Assembly: GCA_964645795.1 (NCBI GenBank)
Contig: CAZYCL010000004.1
Span: 88,292 to 152,291, forward strand
DNA: 64,000 bases
Reading direction: 5' to 3'
From: an uncultured Planctomycetales bacterium
GTDB lineage: Bacteria > Omnitrophota > Gorgyraeia > Gygaellales > Profunditerraquicolaceae
Part shown: in pieces, positions 37,874-47,711 of the stretch
How the letters are laid out: each line of letters starts with the position of its first letter
Position numbering within the stretch: position 1 is the stretch's first letter
Program-made: the position numbers and the translations under genes
Notes under the pieces: model-generated
The model's database searches: none
The model's input: only the letters and a program-made list of their open reading frames with translations
What the model was told of the DNA's origin: nothing

Positions 37874-40177
37874 ATGCGGAAAAACCCGAAGACCCTTTCT
37901 TTGATAATCGCAGTCTTTCTCTATTTTACCCTGGCCGCAGTTCTTGCGATCGCCTTTCTCTACTTGCGGAATGTTCTATCCGGATTCATCCGCGAAAACC
38001 CTGATATAAACTGGTCTTCTTTTTCGGCAAGCCTCCAGCAGTTACAGCTCATAGGCGCGGTTTTGCTGGCATCGGCGGCGTTGCTGGTCTTTTTCCGTTT
38101 TCGGGCAGCCGCTAAGGCCGTTAGCAATAGGCAGGTGCCGGCAGAGGATCGCGCCGGCATACAACAGCCTTTGGTCAAGCAGGCGGTCAAGGGTGAGGCA
38201 GTTGACCAGGGGCGGGAAGACAGCTTTGACTTGTACGCCAGCCTCATTGAGCATTCGCCGGTCAGCATGCTGGTCGTGCAGGGCGGTGCGCTGCAATTTT
38301 CCAACAAAGCCCTTTCCCAAATGCTGGGTTACTCTGGCAGCGAACTTTCGAGCATGCCCTTAGAGAACATTTTCGTTGACTCCGACCGAAAAGTCGTCAT
38401 CGGCATGTATACGCTGCGCATGGCCGGCAGGAACCCCCCCTACTCTTATGAAGCAAGGATCCAGTGTAAAGACGGCTCATCCCGGGTAGTCGAAGTGCTG
38501 GCCTCTTTGATCGAGTATAAAGGCAAGCCTGCGGACCTGGTGATGCTGCGCGATATTACAGAGAAGAAAAAACTTGAGGACGAGCTTAAGCGCGCCAGGG
38601 ATCATGCGGAGCTAAGCAACCGGCAGAAGAGCAGGTTCTTTGCCAGCATCTCCCATGAGATCCGCAACCCCATGAACGCCATAATCGGTTTTACCGACCT
38701 CTTGAAGGGGTCGGAGCTCAACAACCTGCAAAAAAGATACCTCGATATCATTTCGGAGAGCGGCCAGATGATCATCGCCGTCATCAACGATATCCTGGAT
38801 ATCTCCAAGATCGAGGCAGGAAAGATCCAGCTTGAAACGATAGATTTTAACCTGGAGTACCTTATCGATAGTGCGATCAAGATCGTCAGCCCGCGCCTGA
38901 ACAGGGAGATGGTGGAGTTGGTCTATGATTATCCTCAGAGCCTGCCGCGCAACTTCCGCGGGGATCCGGGGAGGCTGCGCCAAATACTGGTCAACCTCCT
39001 GGGCAATGCCGCTAAATTCACCGAAAAGGGGGGGATTTTCATCAGCGTCTCATCACCCGAACCGCAGGAGCTGCTTTCTCAGGATGGAACGCACTTCATG
39101 CGCATATCGGTAAGGGATACCGGAATAGGCATCCCTAAAGACAAACTCACAGACATCTTCGATGCCTTCAGCCAGAAAGAGGCATCTGTCGCCAGGGAGT
39201 ACGGAGGTACGGGCCTGGGGCTTTATATCTGCAGGAATATGGTCGAGCTTATGGGCGGGGAGATCTCCGTCTCTTCCGAAGAAGGAAAGGGCAGCGAGTT
39301 TGTTTTTAGCGTGAAGCTTTTTAAGATCGATCCCGCCATAGACAGGGAGGCTTCATCGGCAGCCACCGACCTGCTTAAGGATAAAAAGGTCCTTATTATC
39401 GAAGAGGGCAGGGATGTCTTGAATTTGCTTGAGCAGTACTGTCAGAATGCGGGTATGCAGGTCTGCTCCAAGGCCCCGAGCATAAAAGACGGGCTGGAGT
39501 GGCTGTGTTTTCAGTCGGAGCTGCCGGATGCGGTCATCTGCGCTCTCAAATCCCGCAATCCCGAAGGTTACGCCTTTGCCAAGGTTTTAAAGCGCGAATC
39601 CAGGTATAAAAAGATAAAGCTGGTGGCGCTGGTGATGGACGCAGACGCGGGGACCGCCAGGCTCCTGCAGGATGCCGGCTTCGACGGGTATCTGCCCAAG
39701 CCCGTAACCCGGACCGACCTTATCCAGGTTATGCATCTGCTATTCGGAGAGAAGAGAAGGAGCATCGAGATCATCACCCGGCACATGGCCCAGGAAGCCA
39801 TCCTTAAAGGGCTACGGGCCCTGATCGTCGATGACAACTCCATTAATGTAAAGCTTTTACAGAACGTCCTGCACAGCTTCGGCTGTCAGACCGAATCGGC
39901 CTCCAACGGAAAGGAAGCGATAAGTTTGCTTGGCAGCCGCAGCTTTGACGTCATATTCATGGATGTGAATATGCCGGTGATGGACGGGGTAGAGGCCACC
40001 CGCTTCATCCGTTCGCGCATGGACCGCGATATACCGATAATTGCGCTTAGCGGTTCGGCCACAGAGCCTGCCAGGGAAAGGGTCATAGACGCCGGCATGA
40101 CCGATCTCCTGGCCAAGCCTATAACGCTGGCGCAGCTAAAAGAGATGTTCGTCAAGATCAAGTTGATAAGGAGCTAG
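37874..40177 (+). CDS. hybrid sensor histidine kinase (paralog of 22710-25034)
   Basis: Same architecture and long identical stretches (DILDISKIEAGKIQL, YGGTGLGLYIC, IITRHMAQE). H-box ASISHEIRNPMNAI. C-terminal receiver ALIVDDNSINV...IFMDVNMPVMDG. Confidence 0.9.
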   Translation: MRKNPKTLSLIIAVFLYFTLAAVLAIAFLYLRNVLSGFIRENPDINWSSFSASLQQLQLIGAVLLASAALLVFFRFRAAAKAVSNRQVPAEDRAGIQQPLVKQAVKGEAVDQGREDSFDLYASLIEHSPVSMLVVQGGALQFSNKALSQMLGYSGSELSSMPLENIFVDSDRKVVIGMYTLRMAGRNPPYSYEARIQCKDGSSRVVEVLASLIEYKGKPADLVMLRDITEKKKLEDELKRARDHAELSNRQKSRFFASISHEIRNPMNAIIGFTDLLKGSELNNLQKRYLDIISESGQMIIAVINDILDISKIEAGKIQLETIDFNLEYLIDSAIKIVSPRLNREMVELVYDYPQSLPRNFRGDPGRLRQILVNLLGNAAKFTEKGGIFISVSSPEPQELLSQDGTHFMRISVRDTGIGIPKDKLTDIFDAFSQKEASVAREYGGTGLGLYICRNMVELMGGEISVSSEEGKGSEFVFSVKLFKIDPAIDREASSAATDLLKDKKVLIIEEGRDVLNLLEQYCQNAGMQVCSKAPSIKDGLEWLCFQSELPDAVICALKSRNPEGYAFAKVLKRESRYKKIKLVALVMDADAGTARLLQDAGFDGYLPKPVTRTDLIQVMHLLFGEKRRSIEIITRHMAQEAILKGLRALIVDDNSINVKLLQNVLHSFGCQTESASNGKEAISLLGSRSFDVIFMDVNMPVMDGVEATRFIRSRMDRDIPIIALSGSATEPARERVIDAGMTDLLAKPITLAQLKEMFVKIKLIRS

Positions 40178-40180
40178 GGT

Positions 40181-40519
40181 ATGGACGCGCGGGAGAAAGA
40201 GAAGATTCTGAAAGAGCTGGGGGATATTCCGCAGGAGACTTACGATGAGCTGGTGCGTTTTTTCATAGGGCAGCTTGCCCAGGCCATCCCGCAGTTAAAG
40301 GGCCTGGTTGCTTGCGGTGACTGGCAGTCTTTGGCAAAGGCCGCCCACTCCCTCAAGGGCTCCTCCGGCAATCTGCGTCTTTCCAGGGTCTACGAGGCTG
40401 CCATCCGTATCAATGACCTGGCAAAACAGTGCAGGGGCAAAGACGATATCATCAAGGATATTGCACTCCTGGAAGAGTCCATCCCGCAGCTTAAGAATGA
40501 GTTCGGGGTCGGTCAATAA
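40181..40519 (+). CDS. Hpt (histidine phosphotransfer) domain protein
   Basis: 112 aa with the HSLKGSSGNL phospho-histidine motif. Confidence 0.8.
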   Translation: MDAREKEKILKELGDIPQETYDELVRFFIGQLAQAIPQLKGLVACGDWQSLAKAAHSLKGSSGNLRLSRVYEAAIRINDLAKQCRGKDDIIKDIALLEESIPQLKNEFGVGQ

Positions 40520-40535
40520 AATAAAAGGGGGGTTT

Positions 40536-40928
40536 ATGTGGAAGATACTGGTAGTCGATGATAACTTCGTGGACAGAAAACTGATCGTTGAGATCCTTAA
40601 AAACAGGGCTGATTGCGATATTGCCGCCAGCGCCCGCGAGGCGGTGGAGGCCTGCAATCTTGCTATCAATGAAAAGAAGCCCTACGATTGCATCCTTCTT
40701 GATATAGAGATGCCCGAGGTCAACGGCATAGAGTTCCTGGAGAGCGTGCGGGATATCGAGGAGGATGCCGGCATCCCTTTGGGTAAGGGCATACCTATCG
40801 TTATGGTCACCGCCCACAAAAAAGAGTTCATGAAGGCGTTCAGGGAAGGCTGCGACGATTATATCCTCAAGCCCATCAGCGCCGATACGCTGATCGCCAA
40901 GTTGGAAAACGTCATTAAAAAGAAATAG
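40536..40928 (+). CDS. single-domain response regulator (CheY-like)
   Basis: KILVVDDNFVDRK...ILLDIEMPEVNG...VTAH...K. Start set at the ATG after SD AAAAGGGGGG; the six-frame ORF at 40308 extends through the Hpt gene in another frame. Confidence 0.8.
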   Translation: MWKILVVDDNFVDRKLIVEILKNRADCDIAASAREAVEACNLAINEKKPYDCILLDIEMPEVNGIEFLESVRDIEEDAGIPLGKGIPIVMVTAHKKEFMKAFREGCDDYILKPISADTLIAKLENVIKKK

Positions 40929-40935
40929 GGATATT

Positions 40936-42132
40936 ATGCCCGAACCGGCAACGATAATGGTCGTCGATGACGATGAGATTTCACTGAGGCTCATCGCCTC
41001 CAGCCTCCAGAACGCAGGTTACCGCTTGCGCCCCATAAAAGACAGCCGCCAGGTGCCGGCCGCCCTTAAAGACGGGCTGCCGGATCTCTTCCTGTTGGAT
41101 GTGTTGATGCCGGAGCTCGACGGCATACAGCTTTGCAAGCTCCTTAAGGATAGAAGCGATACCCGGGATATACCCGTGATCTTCCTTACCGCCGCCGAAG
41201 AGACCGATCAGAAGATCGACGCTTTTAAAGCGGGCGCCGAGGATTATATAACCAAACCCGTCAACGCCGTTGAGTTGAATTTACGCATCAAGACGCACCT
41301 GGAGTTATTCTTTGCCCGCCGCAAGCTTCAGGATTACGCCAGCGATATGGAGAATCTCGCCCGGCAACGCGCAGACCAGCTGATACACGCTGACCGCCTG
41401 GCGCTTTTGGGGGCGTTATCGGCGGGGGTTGCCCACGAGATCAACAATCCTACGACCTTCATCAGCGGCAACGTCCAGACCCTTGAGCGTTTCTGGGAGA
41501 TCTTGGGCAGGGAAGTTTCCGGCCTGAAACAGCCATCCTCTGCGACTAAGGATCAGCTGGATTTTATCGCGCTCGAGATGCCCGAGCTTTTAAAAGGCAT
41601 AAAAGACGGGGTCATCAGGATAAAGCAGATAGTGCAGAGTTTGACGTTCTTCGCGCGTAAAGAAGAAGGGAAAAGGGAGGTTTTTTATTTCAAGGACAGC
41701 CTTAACAAGGCCCTTGAGCTTTGCAATAAAATACTCAAAGACAATGTGAGGCTGGATTTGGATATCGATGAGGGTATCAGACTGCTGGGAGATAACCAGC
41801 AGATCGAGCAAGTGCTGGTTAACCTCATCGTCAATGCGGTGGACGCGATGGAGAAAACCGCAAACCCCTTTATCGCCATCAAGGCCAAGGCCGGATCAGG
41901 CAAGGTAATGGTTTCTTTGGCTGATAACGGCCCAGGCATAGACCAGGCGCTTGCCGATAGGATCTGGGAGCCGTTCTTTACCACAAAGGATTCGGGTAAG
42001 GGGACGGGCCTGGGTTTGTCGATCGTGCGCTCGATCATCGAAGCTCACGGAGGCCGGGTCTGCGCTTTCAATGTTGGAGAAGGCGGTTTCCGGGTAGAGA
42101 TTTCTCTACCCGCACCAACCGGCCAGAGTTGA
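40936..42132 (+). CDS. response-regulator-receiver / histidine kinase fusion protein
   Basis: N-terminal receiver (IMVVDDDEISL...FLLDVLMPELDG). H-box AHEINNPTTFI, N-box LIVNAVDAM, G-boxes DNGPGI and GTGLGL. Confidence 0.85.
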   Translation: MPEPATIMVVDDDEISLRLIASSLQNAGYRLRPIKDSRQVPAALKDGLPDLFLLDVLMPELDGIQLCKLLKDRSDTRDIPVIFLTAAEETDQKIDAFKAGAEDYITKPVNAVELNLRIKTHLELFFARRKLQDYASDMENLARQRADQLIHADRLALLGALSAGVAHEINNPTTFISGNVQTLERFWEILGREVSGLKQPSSATKDQLDFIALEMPELLKGIKDGVIRIKQIVQSLTFFARKEEGKREVFYFKDSLNKALELCNKILKDNVRLDLDIDEGIRLLGDNQQIEQVLVNLIVNAVDAMEKTANPFIAIKAKAGSGKVMVSLADNGPGIDQALADRIWEPFFTTKDSGKGTGLGLSIVRSIIEAHGGRVCAFNVGEGGFRVEISLPAPTGQS

Positions 42133-42145
42133 GAAAAAAGGAGGT

Positions 42146-42580
42146 ATGATATTGTTACCGGGAGAAGATAAATTCCGAATTCTCGTCGTGGATGATGAAA
42201 AGAACATCCAGGAGATGCTCAGCCGGCATTTCCGCTTTTTAGGCTATGATGTGCTCACCGCATCCAACGGCAGGGAAGCGCTGGAGTTGATGGATAAGAA
42301 AAGATGCGACGTGGTGATCACCGATATCAAGATGCCGGTCATGGACGGCGTGGAGCTCATAAGGCAGGTGCACAAGCAGTATCCCATGACGCACGTGATC
42401 GTGATCACCGGCTATGTCACCATGGAGAATGTCTTGGCCTGCATGCGCCATGGCGCGGACACCTGCGTGTATAAGCCCCTGGAAGACCTGAAAGAGCTCG
42501 AAGGCGCGGTCGGCCAGGCAGTAGAGCACCTTAAACACTGGCAGGAGAAGCTCAAGAGCCTTCTTAAGCTGAAGGATTGA
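42146..42580 (+). CDS. single-domain response regulator (CheY-like)
   Basis: ILVVDDEKNIQEM...VITDIKMPVMDG...ITG...KP motifs. Confidence 0.85.
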   Translation: MILLPGEDKFRILVVDDEKNIQEMLSRHFRFLGYDVLTASNGREALELMDKKRCDVVITDIKMPVMDGVELIRQVHKQYPMTHVIVITGYVTMENVLACMRHGADTCVYKPLEDLKELEGAVGQAVEHLKHWQEKLKSLLKLKD

Positions 42581-42585
42581 CGCTT

Positions 42586-44229
42586 ATGCCCGAGAACAAG
42601 TATAACCTGGATCCGGAGCTGACGCGGGAGTTCATCGATGAGTCCCTGGAGTTATTGGACAAGTCCGCCGGCCTGCTTTTGGCCGCTGGCGTGCCCGGAC
42701 ACGAGGATATCCACGCGATCTTCAGGACGGTCCATAGCATAAAGGGCAATGCCGCTTTCTTTAATCTGCTTAAAGTTAAGTCGCTGGCCCACGCCATCGA
42801 AGATATTTTCAATCTATTGCGGGAGGACAAAGCGTGTTTTTCCGCCCAGATCGCAGAACTTGCGCTTTCCGGGATAAACGAATTGAAACTGATCCTCTCG
42901 GGGGTAAAATCCGGAAAGCCGGAAGTGCAGGATGAGGCCCGTTATGCCGCGACAATCGAGAAGATAAAGTCCGAACTGGACCGGCAGGCTACGGCCAGGT
43001 CAGCGCCGGCCCAGGCGGCCGTAAGCTTGCAGGAGCAAAAACCCCAGCCGTCTAAAGATGCGTCTAAGACCATGCGCATATCGGAGGAGACCATCGACAG
43101 GTTCCTGGACCATGTGGGAGAGCTGGTGATCGTCGGAGAGATGTACGACCATATCCACAAGCGCCTCATGCAGGAGCTCGGCGTAAGCCGTGCGGCCATC
43201 GATTTCAAGAAGAACAACGACGCGTTCAATCTTCTTTCGCTTAACCTTCAGAAGAGCATCCTTGATATCCGCAAGGTCCCCATAGGCAACCTGCTGGCAA
43301 GGGCCCCCCTGATCGTCCATGAAGTATCCTCTGGCAGGGGCAAGCGCGTGCGCGTGCTTACGCAGGGCTCCGAGGTATTGATCGATAAAAGCCTCATCGA
43401 AAACCTGGAAGCCCCTTTCATGCATATACTCAGGAATTGCGTCGACCACGGCATTGAGGCCCCGGAAAAAAGGGCCAGCCTCGGCAAGCCACCCGAGGGC
43501 AGCATCAGGCTGGCGGTCAGCGAAGAGGAGGAAAAGGTACAGCTTGTGATCGAGGATGACGGGGCGGGGCTGGATAAGGAGGCCATACTCAAAAAGGCCG
43601 CGAACCAGGGGTTGTTGGGCGTAGAAGATCCGGCGAAGCTATCGGAAGAAGAGATCTACCAGTTTATCTTTCTGCCCGGGTTCTCCACCGCCAGCCAGGT
43701 CACCGATATCTCCGGAAGAGGCGTGGGCATGGATGTGGTCAAGAAGAACGTGGAGGGCTGCGGCGGCAAGATCATCATCAACAGTAACAGCGGCAAAGGG
43801 ACGAAGTTCACCATCATCCTGCCTAAGAGCATAACCGTCAAGATAATGGAGGGGGTGCTGGTATCCTCGAGCCAGCAGCGATTTGTGCTGCCGATGGTAG
43901 CGGTGGGAGAGTCTTTTGAGATCGATGTTGGCTCCATCTCCCGGCTGCCCGATGGCAGCGAATGCATCATGCTCCACGATAAAGTCATGCCTCTGGTCAG
44001 GCTGGCCGGCATTTTAGGCCTGCCGGCGCAGGCCGGCGCTTCAGGCATAGGCATGGTGATCCTTAACGCAAAAAAGCCCCTGGTATTGGCGGTAGATGAG
44101 ATTTTAGGCCTGCAGCAGGTAGTGGTTAAAAAGATCGAAGGCATAGGCAATTTCGCAGGCTTTATCGCGGGCGGGGCGATCCTGGGTGATGAGGCGGTGG
44201 CAATCGTACTGGATACCGAAAAGCTCTAA
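42586..44229 (+). CDS. CheA-like histidine kinase (Hpt/P1, dimerisation, HATPase, C-terminal CheW-like domain)
   Basis: P1 phosphorylation motif HSIKGNAAFF, HATPase N/G boxes (HILRNCVDHGIE, DDGAGL, GRGVGMDVV) and a C-terminal CheW-like domain. The start could instead be the TTG at 42577. Confidence 0.8.
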   Translation: MPENKYNLDPELTREFIDESLELLDKSAGLLLAAGVPGHEDIHAIFRTVHSIKGNAAFFNLLKVKSLAHAIEDIFNLLREDKACFSAQIAELALSGINELKLILSGVKSGKPEVQDEARYAATIEKIKSELDRQATARSAPAQAAVSLQEQKPQPSKDASKTMRISEETIDRFLDHVGELVIVGEMYDHIHKRLMQELGVSRAAIDFKKNNDAFNLLSLNLQKSILDIRKVPIGNLLARAPLIVHEVSSGRGKRVRVLTQGSEVLIDKSLIENLEAPFMHILRNCVDHGIEAPEKRASLGKPPEGSIRLAVSEEEEKVQLVIEDDGAGLDKEAILKKAANQGLLGVEDPAKLSEEEIYQFIFLPGFSTASQVTDISGRGVGMDVVKKNVEGCGGKIIINSNSGKGTKFTIILPKSITVKIMEGVLVSSSQQRFVLPMVAVGESFEIDVGSISRLPDGSECIMLHDKVMPLVRLAGILGLPAQAGASGIGMVILNAKKPLVLAVDEILGLQQVVVKKIEGIGNFAGFIAGGAILGDEAVAIVLDTEKL

Positions 44230-44326
44230 CCCCCCCTCTTTTTTATAGACAACCCACGCTTAATATGTTATTTTAAATACTTAATTATTCCCTGCTGGAA
44301 AAAGCCCGAAAACTTTCGAAATCCGA

Positions 44327-45421
44327 ATGAAGACCTATTTCCTTAAAGCAGAAGACCTGATAAAATTCTATGATCGCATAGCCGAAGAGTTTGACCTGTT
44401 CGTCCCAACGCTGGTCAAGACCCCTTTTCGCATAAAATGCGACTCCGCCCCTAACCTGCCGCAAGACGATTATCAGCTGAAACGTTACACCGAAACCGCA
44501 AAGGCCGAGGTCGTCTTCAACGATTACCGCGCCATTGAGCCGATAAGGGCATACCTGGTTTATTACAAGGAGCTGGCCTGCGGCTATTTTGAAACCGAGG
44601 CGCCTGAGGCGCGCCAAAAACCTCGCGCCTTAATGGGGGTGAAGAACTGTGATCTTTTCGCGCTTAAGGTGCTTGATTACGTGTTCCTGGGAGGAGATGA
44701 GCCCGACCCGCTTTATAAACAGAGAAGGGAGAGCACATTTATTATCACGGGTGACTGTCCGGCTTTTAAAGAGACCTGTTTCTGCCGGGCCTTCGATATA
44801 AACCCCTTTGCCGTCGAAGGCTTCGATATGAATCTGTCCCCGCTTACCAGCGGCTATGTTGTGGATGTTGCGGGAGACAGGGCCGAGAGGCTGGCCGCAG
44901 GTTTCAGGGAGATCTTAAGCCCTGCTAGCGCCGCGCAGTTATCGGGGAGGGCGGCAAAGAGGGATGCGCTCGTACGCAGGCTCGAGGAGCACCTTTGTAG
45001 CCACAAGATCCCCAAAAAAGAAACCCTCAAAGATATCGTTACCTACGGTTATAACTCTCCCGTATGGCAGGAACAGATGCGCACATGCGTGGAGTGCGGA
45101 GGCTGCGTCTTCGCCTGCGATACCTGCCACTGTTTTCTGCTGGCCGATGAGCCGGCAGGGGAAAAGGCGCGCAGGATACGGCTATGGGACGGCTGTCTTT
45201 ATAAGAACTTCACTACCGTGGCCGGCGGGGCCAATCCCCTGAAGCTACGCTACATGAGGCTGCGTAACCGTTACCTTAAAAAATTCGATTTTTTCATCGA
45301 TAATCTGGGATTTCAGGCCTGCTGCGGTTGCGGCAGATGCATCGATGTCTGTCCCGGCAAGATCGACATTCGTTATATATTGAGAAAGCTTTATGAAGAG
45401 AAATATCTACCAGCCCGTTAA
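44327..45421 (+). CDS. AsrA / sulfhydrogenase-beta (HydB)-like iron-sulfur protein
   Basis: 364 aa with Cys clusters CPAFKETCFCRAF, CVECGGCVFACDTCHC and CCGCGRCIDVCP. Always paired with the following AsrB/HydG-like flavoprotein. Confidence 0.65.
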   Translation: MKTYFLKAEDLIKFYDRIAEEFDLFVPTLVKTPFRIKCDSAPNLPQDDYQLKRYTETAKAEVVFNDYRAIEPIRAYLVYYKELACGYFETEAPEARQKPRALMGVKNCDLFALKVLDYVFLGGDEPDPLYKQRRESTFIITGDCPAFKETCFCRAFDINPFAVEGFDMNLSPLTSGYVVDVAGDRAERLAAGFREILSPASAAQLSGRAAKRDALVRRLEEHLCSHKIPKKETLKDIVTYGYNSPVWQEQMRTCVECGGCVFACDTCHCFLLADEPAGEKARRIRLWDGCLYKNFTTVAGGANPLKLRYMRLRNRYLKKFDFFIDNLGFQACCGCGRCIDVCPGKIDIRYILRKLYEEKYLPAR

Positions 45422-46211
45422 GGCGACTATCGAAGGCATAAAGCAGGAGACCTCCAACATCAAGACCTTCAGCTTAAGCCTGGATGAGCAGTTTTCGTTT
45501 CGTACCGGACAGTTCGTGGAGATGACCGTCCCGGGCTTCGGTGAGGCGCCGTTTACCCCTTCCTCTGACCCGGGCGAGCATGGCAGGTTTGAGCTGACGG
45601 TAATGAAAGCGGGCAGGGTCACTGACAGGCTCCACAGGATGAATCCGGGCGATACCCTCGGTATCCGCGGCCCTTATGGCAAAGGCTATCCCCTGGATTA
45701 TTTCAAGGGCAAGGACATCCTGGTCGTCGGCGGAGGCGTGGGTCTGGCGCCGTTGCGCTCGCTTTTGTTGAGCCTTTTTTCGAATATCGACGCTTACCGC
45801 AGCGTGCTGCTCAGATACGGGGCGCGTACCTCCTCCGATATAGTATATAAAGATTTGATTCCCACATGGCAGAAGCCCGGAAAGACCGATATCGTTACTA
45901 CCGTAGATATCGGGGACCCTTCCTGGGCAGGCAGGGTGGGGCTGGTCACGACGGTATTGAACGACCTGCCGGTTGATATCACAAAAGCTGTATCAGTGGT
46001 CTGCGGGCCGCCGATCATGATGAAGTTCGTGACCCTGAAGCTTCTGGATCTGGGGTTCAGGCCTGCGGATATATTCCTGTCCATGGAGAAGAACATGTCC
46101 TGCGGCCTGGGTAAATGCGGACACTGCCGCGTAGGCAGGTACTACGCCTGCAAAGACGGCCCGGTGTTCACCTACGAAGAATTAAAGGATATACACGACA
46201 TCTGGGACTGA
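45393..46211 (+). CDS. AsrB / sulfhydrogenase-gamma (HydG)-like FAD/NAD(P)-binding oxidoreductase with C-terminal 2Fe-2S
   Basis: FAD-binding RFELTVMKAGRVTDRL, NAD-binding VVGGGVGLAPL and C-terminal CGLGKCGHCRVG...C 2Fe-2S motifs, as in PyrK/HydG/AsrB. Confidence 0.7.
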   Translation: MKRNIYQPVKATIEGIKQETSNIKTFSLSLDEQFSFRTGQFVEMTVPGFGEAPFTPSSDPGEHGRFELTVMKAGRVTDRLHRMNPGDTLGIRGPYGKGYPLDYFKGKDILVVGGGVGLAPLRSLLLSLFSNIDAYRSVLLRYGARTSSDIVYKDLIPTWQKPGKTDIVTTVDIGDPSWAGRVGLVTTVLNDLPVDITKAVSVVCGPPIMMKFVTLKLLDLGFRPADIFLSMEKNMSCGLGKCGHCRVGRYYACKDGPVFTYEELKDIHDIWD

Positions 46212-46297
46212 TCGTTAACCGTTGATCGGTTGCGTAGCTGGAAACCTCATGCGTAAAGATTTGAGCTACGAAACCCAAATGCGCAACACGGCTAAAC

Positions 46298-46792
46298 ATG
46301 AAACGACTCTTTATCGACCTGGAAGTTTGCGCGAAATGCCGGGAATGCAGGGTAGCCTGCGATTATTTCTGGCATGCGCAGAATAACGGCATCACTTCGT
46401 TAAGGGAGTATGCCATATTCGCCCTCCTTTGCCGCCATTGCGAAGAGGCGCCCTGTGTCAACGCCTGTTATCATAATGCGCTGGAGAGGACCGAAGACGG
46501 GCATCTGCGCAGGTACCGCATGCGCTGCACCAGCTGCCGGTCCTGCACCGTTGCCTGTCCGTTTGGGGTGATCTTCGAGGATTTTATTCCTTATCTTGAT
46601 TCCAGCTGCGATTATTGTCTGACTAAGGGCAGCCAGATCCCCCTTTGCGCAAAAACCTGCCCGGAGCATGCCATAGAGTTTAAAGAGGTCGGGGAGGATT
46701 TGGAAAAAGATATTTATCTGGTCGGCGAACACCTGGCCGTGCATACAAAGAGGTGGTCGCGCGAAGACGCACAGCCGCCCAAGAGAAAATAG
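46298..46792 (+). CDS. 4Fe-4S poly-ferredoxin (HycB/MbhN-like electron-transfer subunit)
   Basis: Multiple CxxCxxCxxxC clusters (CAKCRECRVAC, CRHCEEAPCVNAC, CTSCRSCTVACP, CDYCL...CAKTCP). Confidence 0.8.
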   Translation: MKRLFIDLEVCAKCRECRVACDYFWHAQNNGITSLREYAIFALLCRHCEEAPCVNACYHNALERTEDGHLRRYRMRCTSCRSCTVACPFGVIFEDFIPYLDSSCDYCLTKGSQIPLCAKTCPEHAIEFKEVGEDLEKDIYLVGEHLAVHTKRWSREDAQPPKRK

Positions 46793-46793
46793 G

Positions 46794-47708
46794 ATGGCAA
46801 AGTACATTTTTCAATACTTGGTTTTCCCCGGATTTCTGTTTGCGGCCTGTATGGGGCTTTTTGCCGGATGGTTTGACCGCAAGCTCTCCGCCCGCCTGCA
46901 ATGGAGGCTAGGTCCGCCCTGGTATCAGAATTTCATCGATATTATCAAGCTTCTGGGAAAGGAGACCATTATTCCCGAAGGGGCAGGGCTGACTTTTCTT
47001 CTCTCTCCTGCCCTGGCGCTGTTGAGCACTACCCTCGTGGCTACGCTGCTGGGCAGGGCCATTGCCATGCCTTTAGAGAGCGTTGTGGGAGACTTGATCG
47101 TCGCCTTGTATCTTTTGACCGTACCGGCGATAGCCCTGATTTGCGGCGCCAGCGCATCCCGTAATCCCCTGGCTTCAGTGGGTGCCTCCAGAGAGATGAA
47201 GATGGTCCTGGGATATGAGCTGCCGTTTCTTTTGTCGGTAGTCACCGTCATCATTAAAAGCAAAGGCTCTATACAATTAGGCCAGATCATCAATAACCAG
47301 ATAAACTTCGGCTCTACCATTTTCTCGTTATCCGGTATGCTGGCCTTTGTGGTGGCCGTATTCTGCGTGCAGGCAAAGCTCGGCTTTGTGCCCTTCGACG
47401 CCTCCGAAGCGGATCAGGAGATAATGGGCGGCACTTTGATCGAATACTCCGGAGCGGCGCTGGCGCTTTTTAAGCTGACAAGGGCAGTAGCGCTTTATAC
47501 GCTTGTGCTTTTTCTTATCGTATTATTCATGGGCCGGGATACAAGGGCGGCGTTCGTATTCATAAAGTTTGTCGGGATACTTACGGTATTTATACTTATT
47601 AAGAACACCAATCCGCGCCTGCGCATAGAGCAGGCGTTGAGGTTCTTCTGGGGGCCGATGACTGTGCTGGGGATAATTTCCGTGGTCCTGGCGGTTTTCG
47701 GAAGGTAG
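46794..47708 (+). CDS. group-4 hydrogenase membrane subunit (NuoH/HycD/MbhM-like)
   Basis: 304-aa polytopic protein with a NuoH-family pattern (RKLSARLQWRLGP...YLLTVP...GFVPFDASEADQEIMGG). Confidence 0.8.
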   Translation: MAKYIFQYLVFPGFLFAACMGLFAGWFDRKLSARLQWRLGPPWYQNFIDIIKLLGKETIIPEGAGLTFLLSPALALLSTTLVATLLGRAIAMPLESVVGDLIVALYLLTVPAIALICGASASRNPLASVGASREMKMVLGYELPFLLSVVTVIIKSKGSIQLGQIINNQINFGSTIFSLSGMLAFVVAVFCVQAKLGFVPFDASEADQEIMGGTLIEYSGAALALFKLTRAVALYTLVLFLIVLFMGRDTRAAFVFIKFVGILTVFILIKNTNPRLRIEQALRFFWGPMTVLGIISVVLAVFGR

Positions 47709-47711
47709 AAA

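Noticed and set aside
40308-40535. N-terminal 76-aa extension of the six-frame ORF 40308-40928
   Set aside because: The extension runs through the Hpt gene in a different frame. The receiver domain proper starts at ATG 40536, after an SD and right after the Hpt stop.
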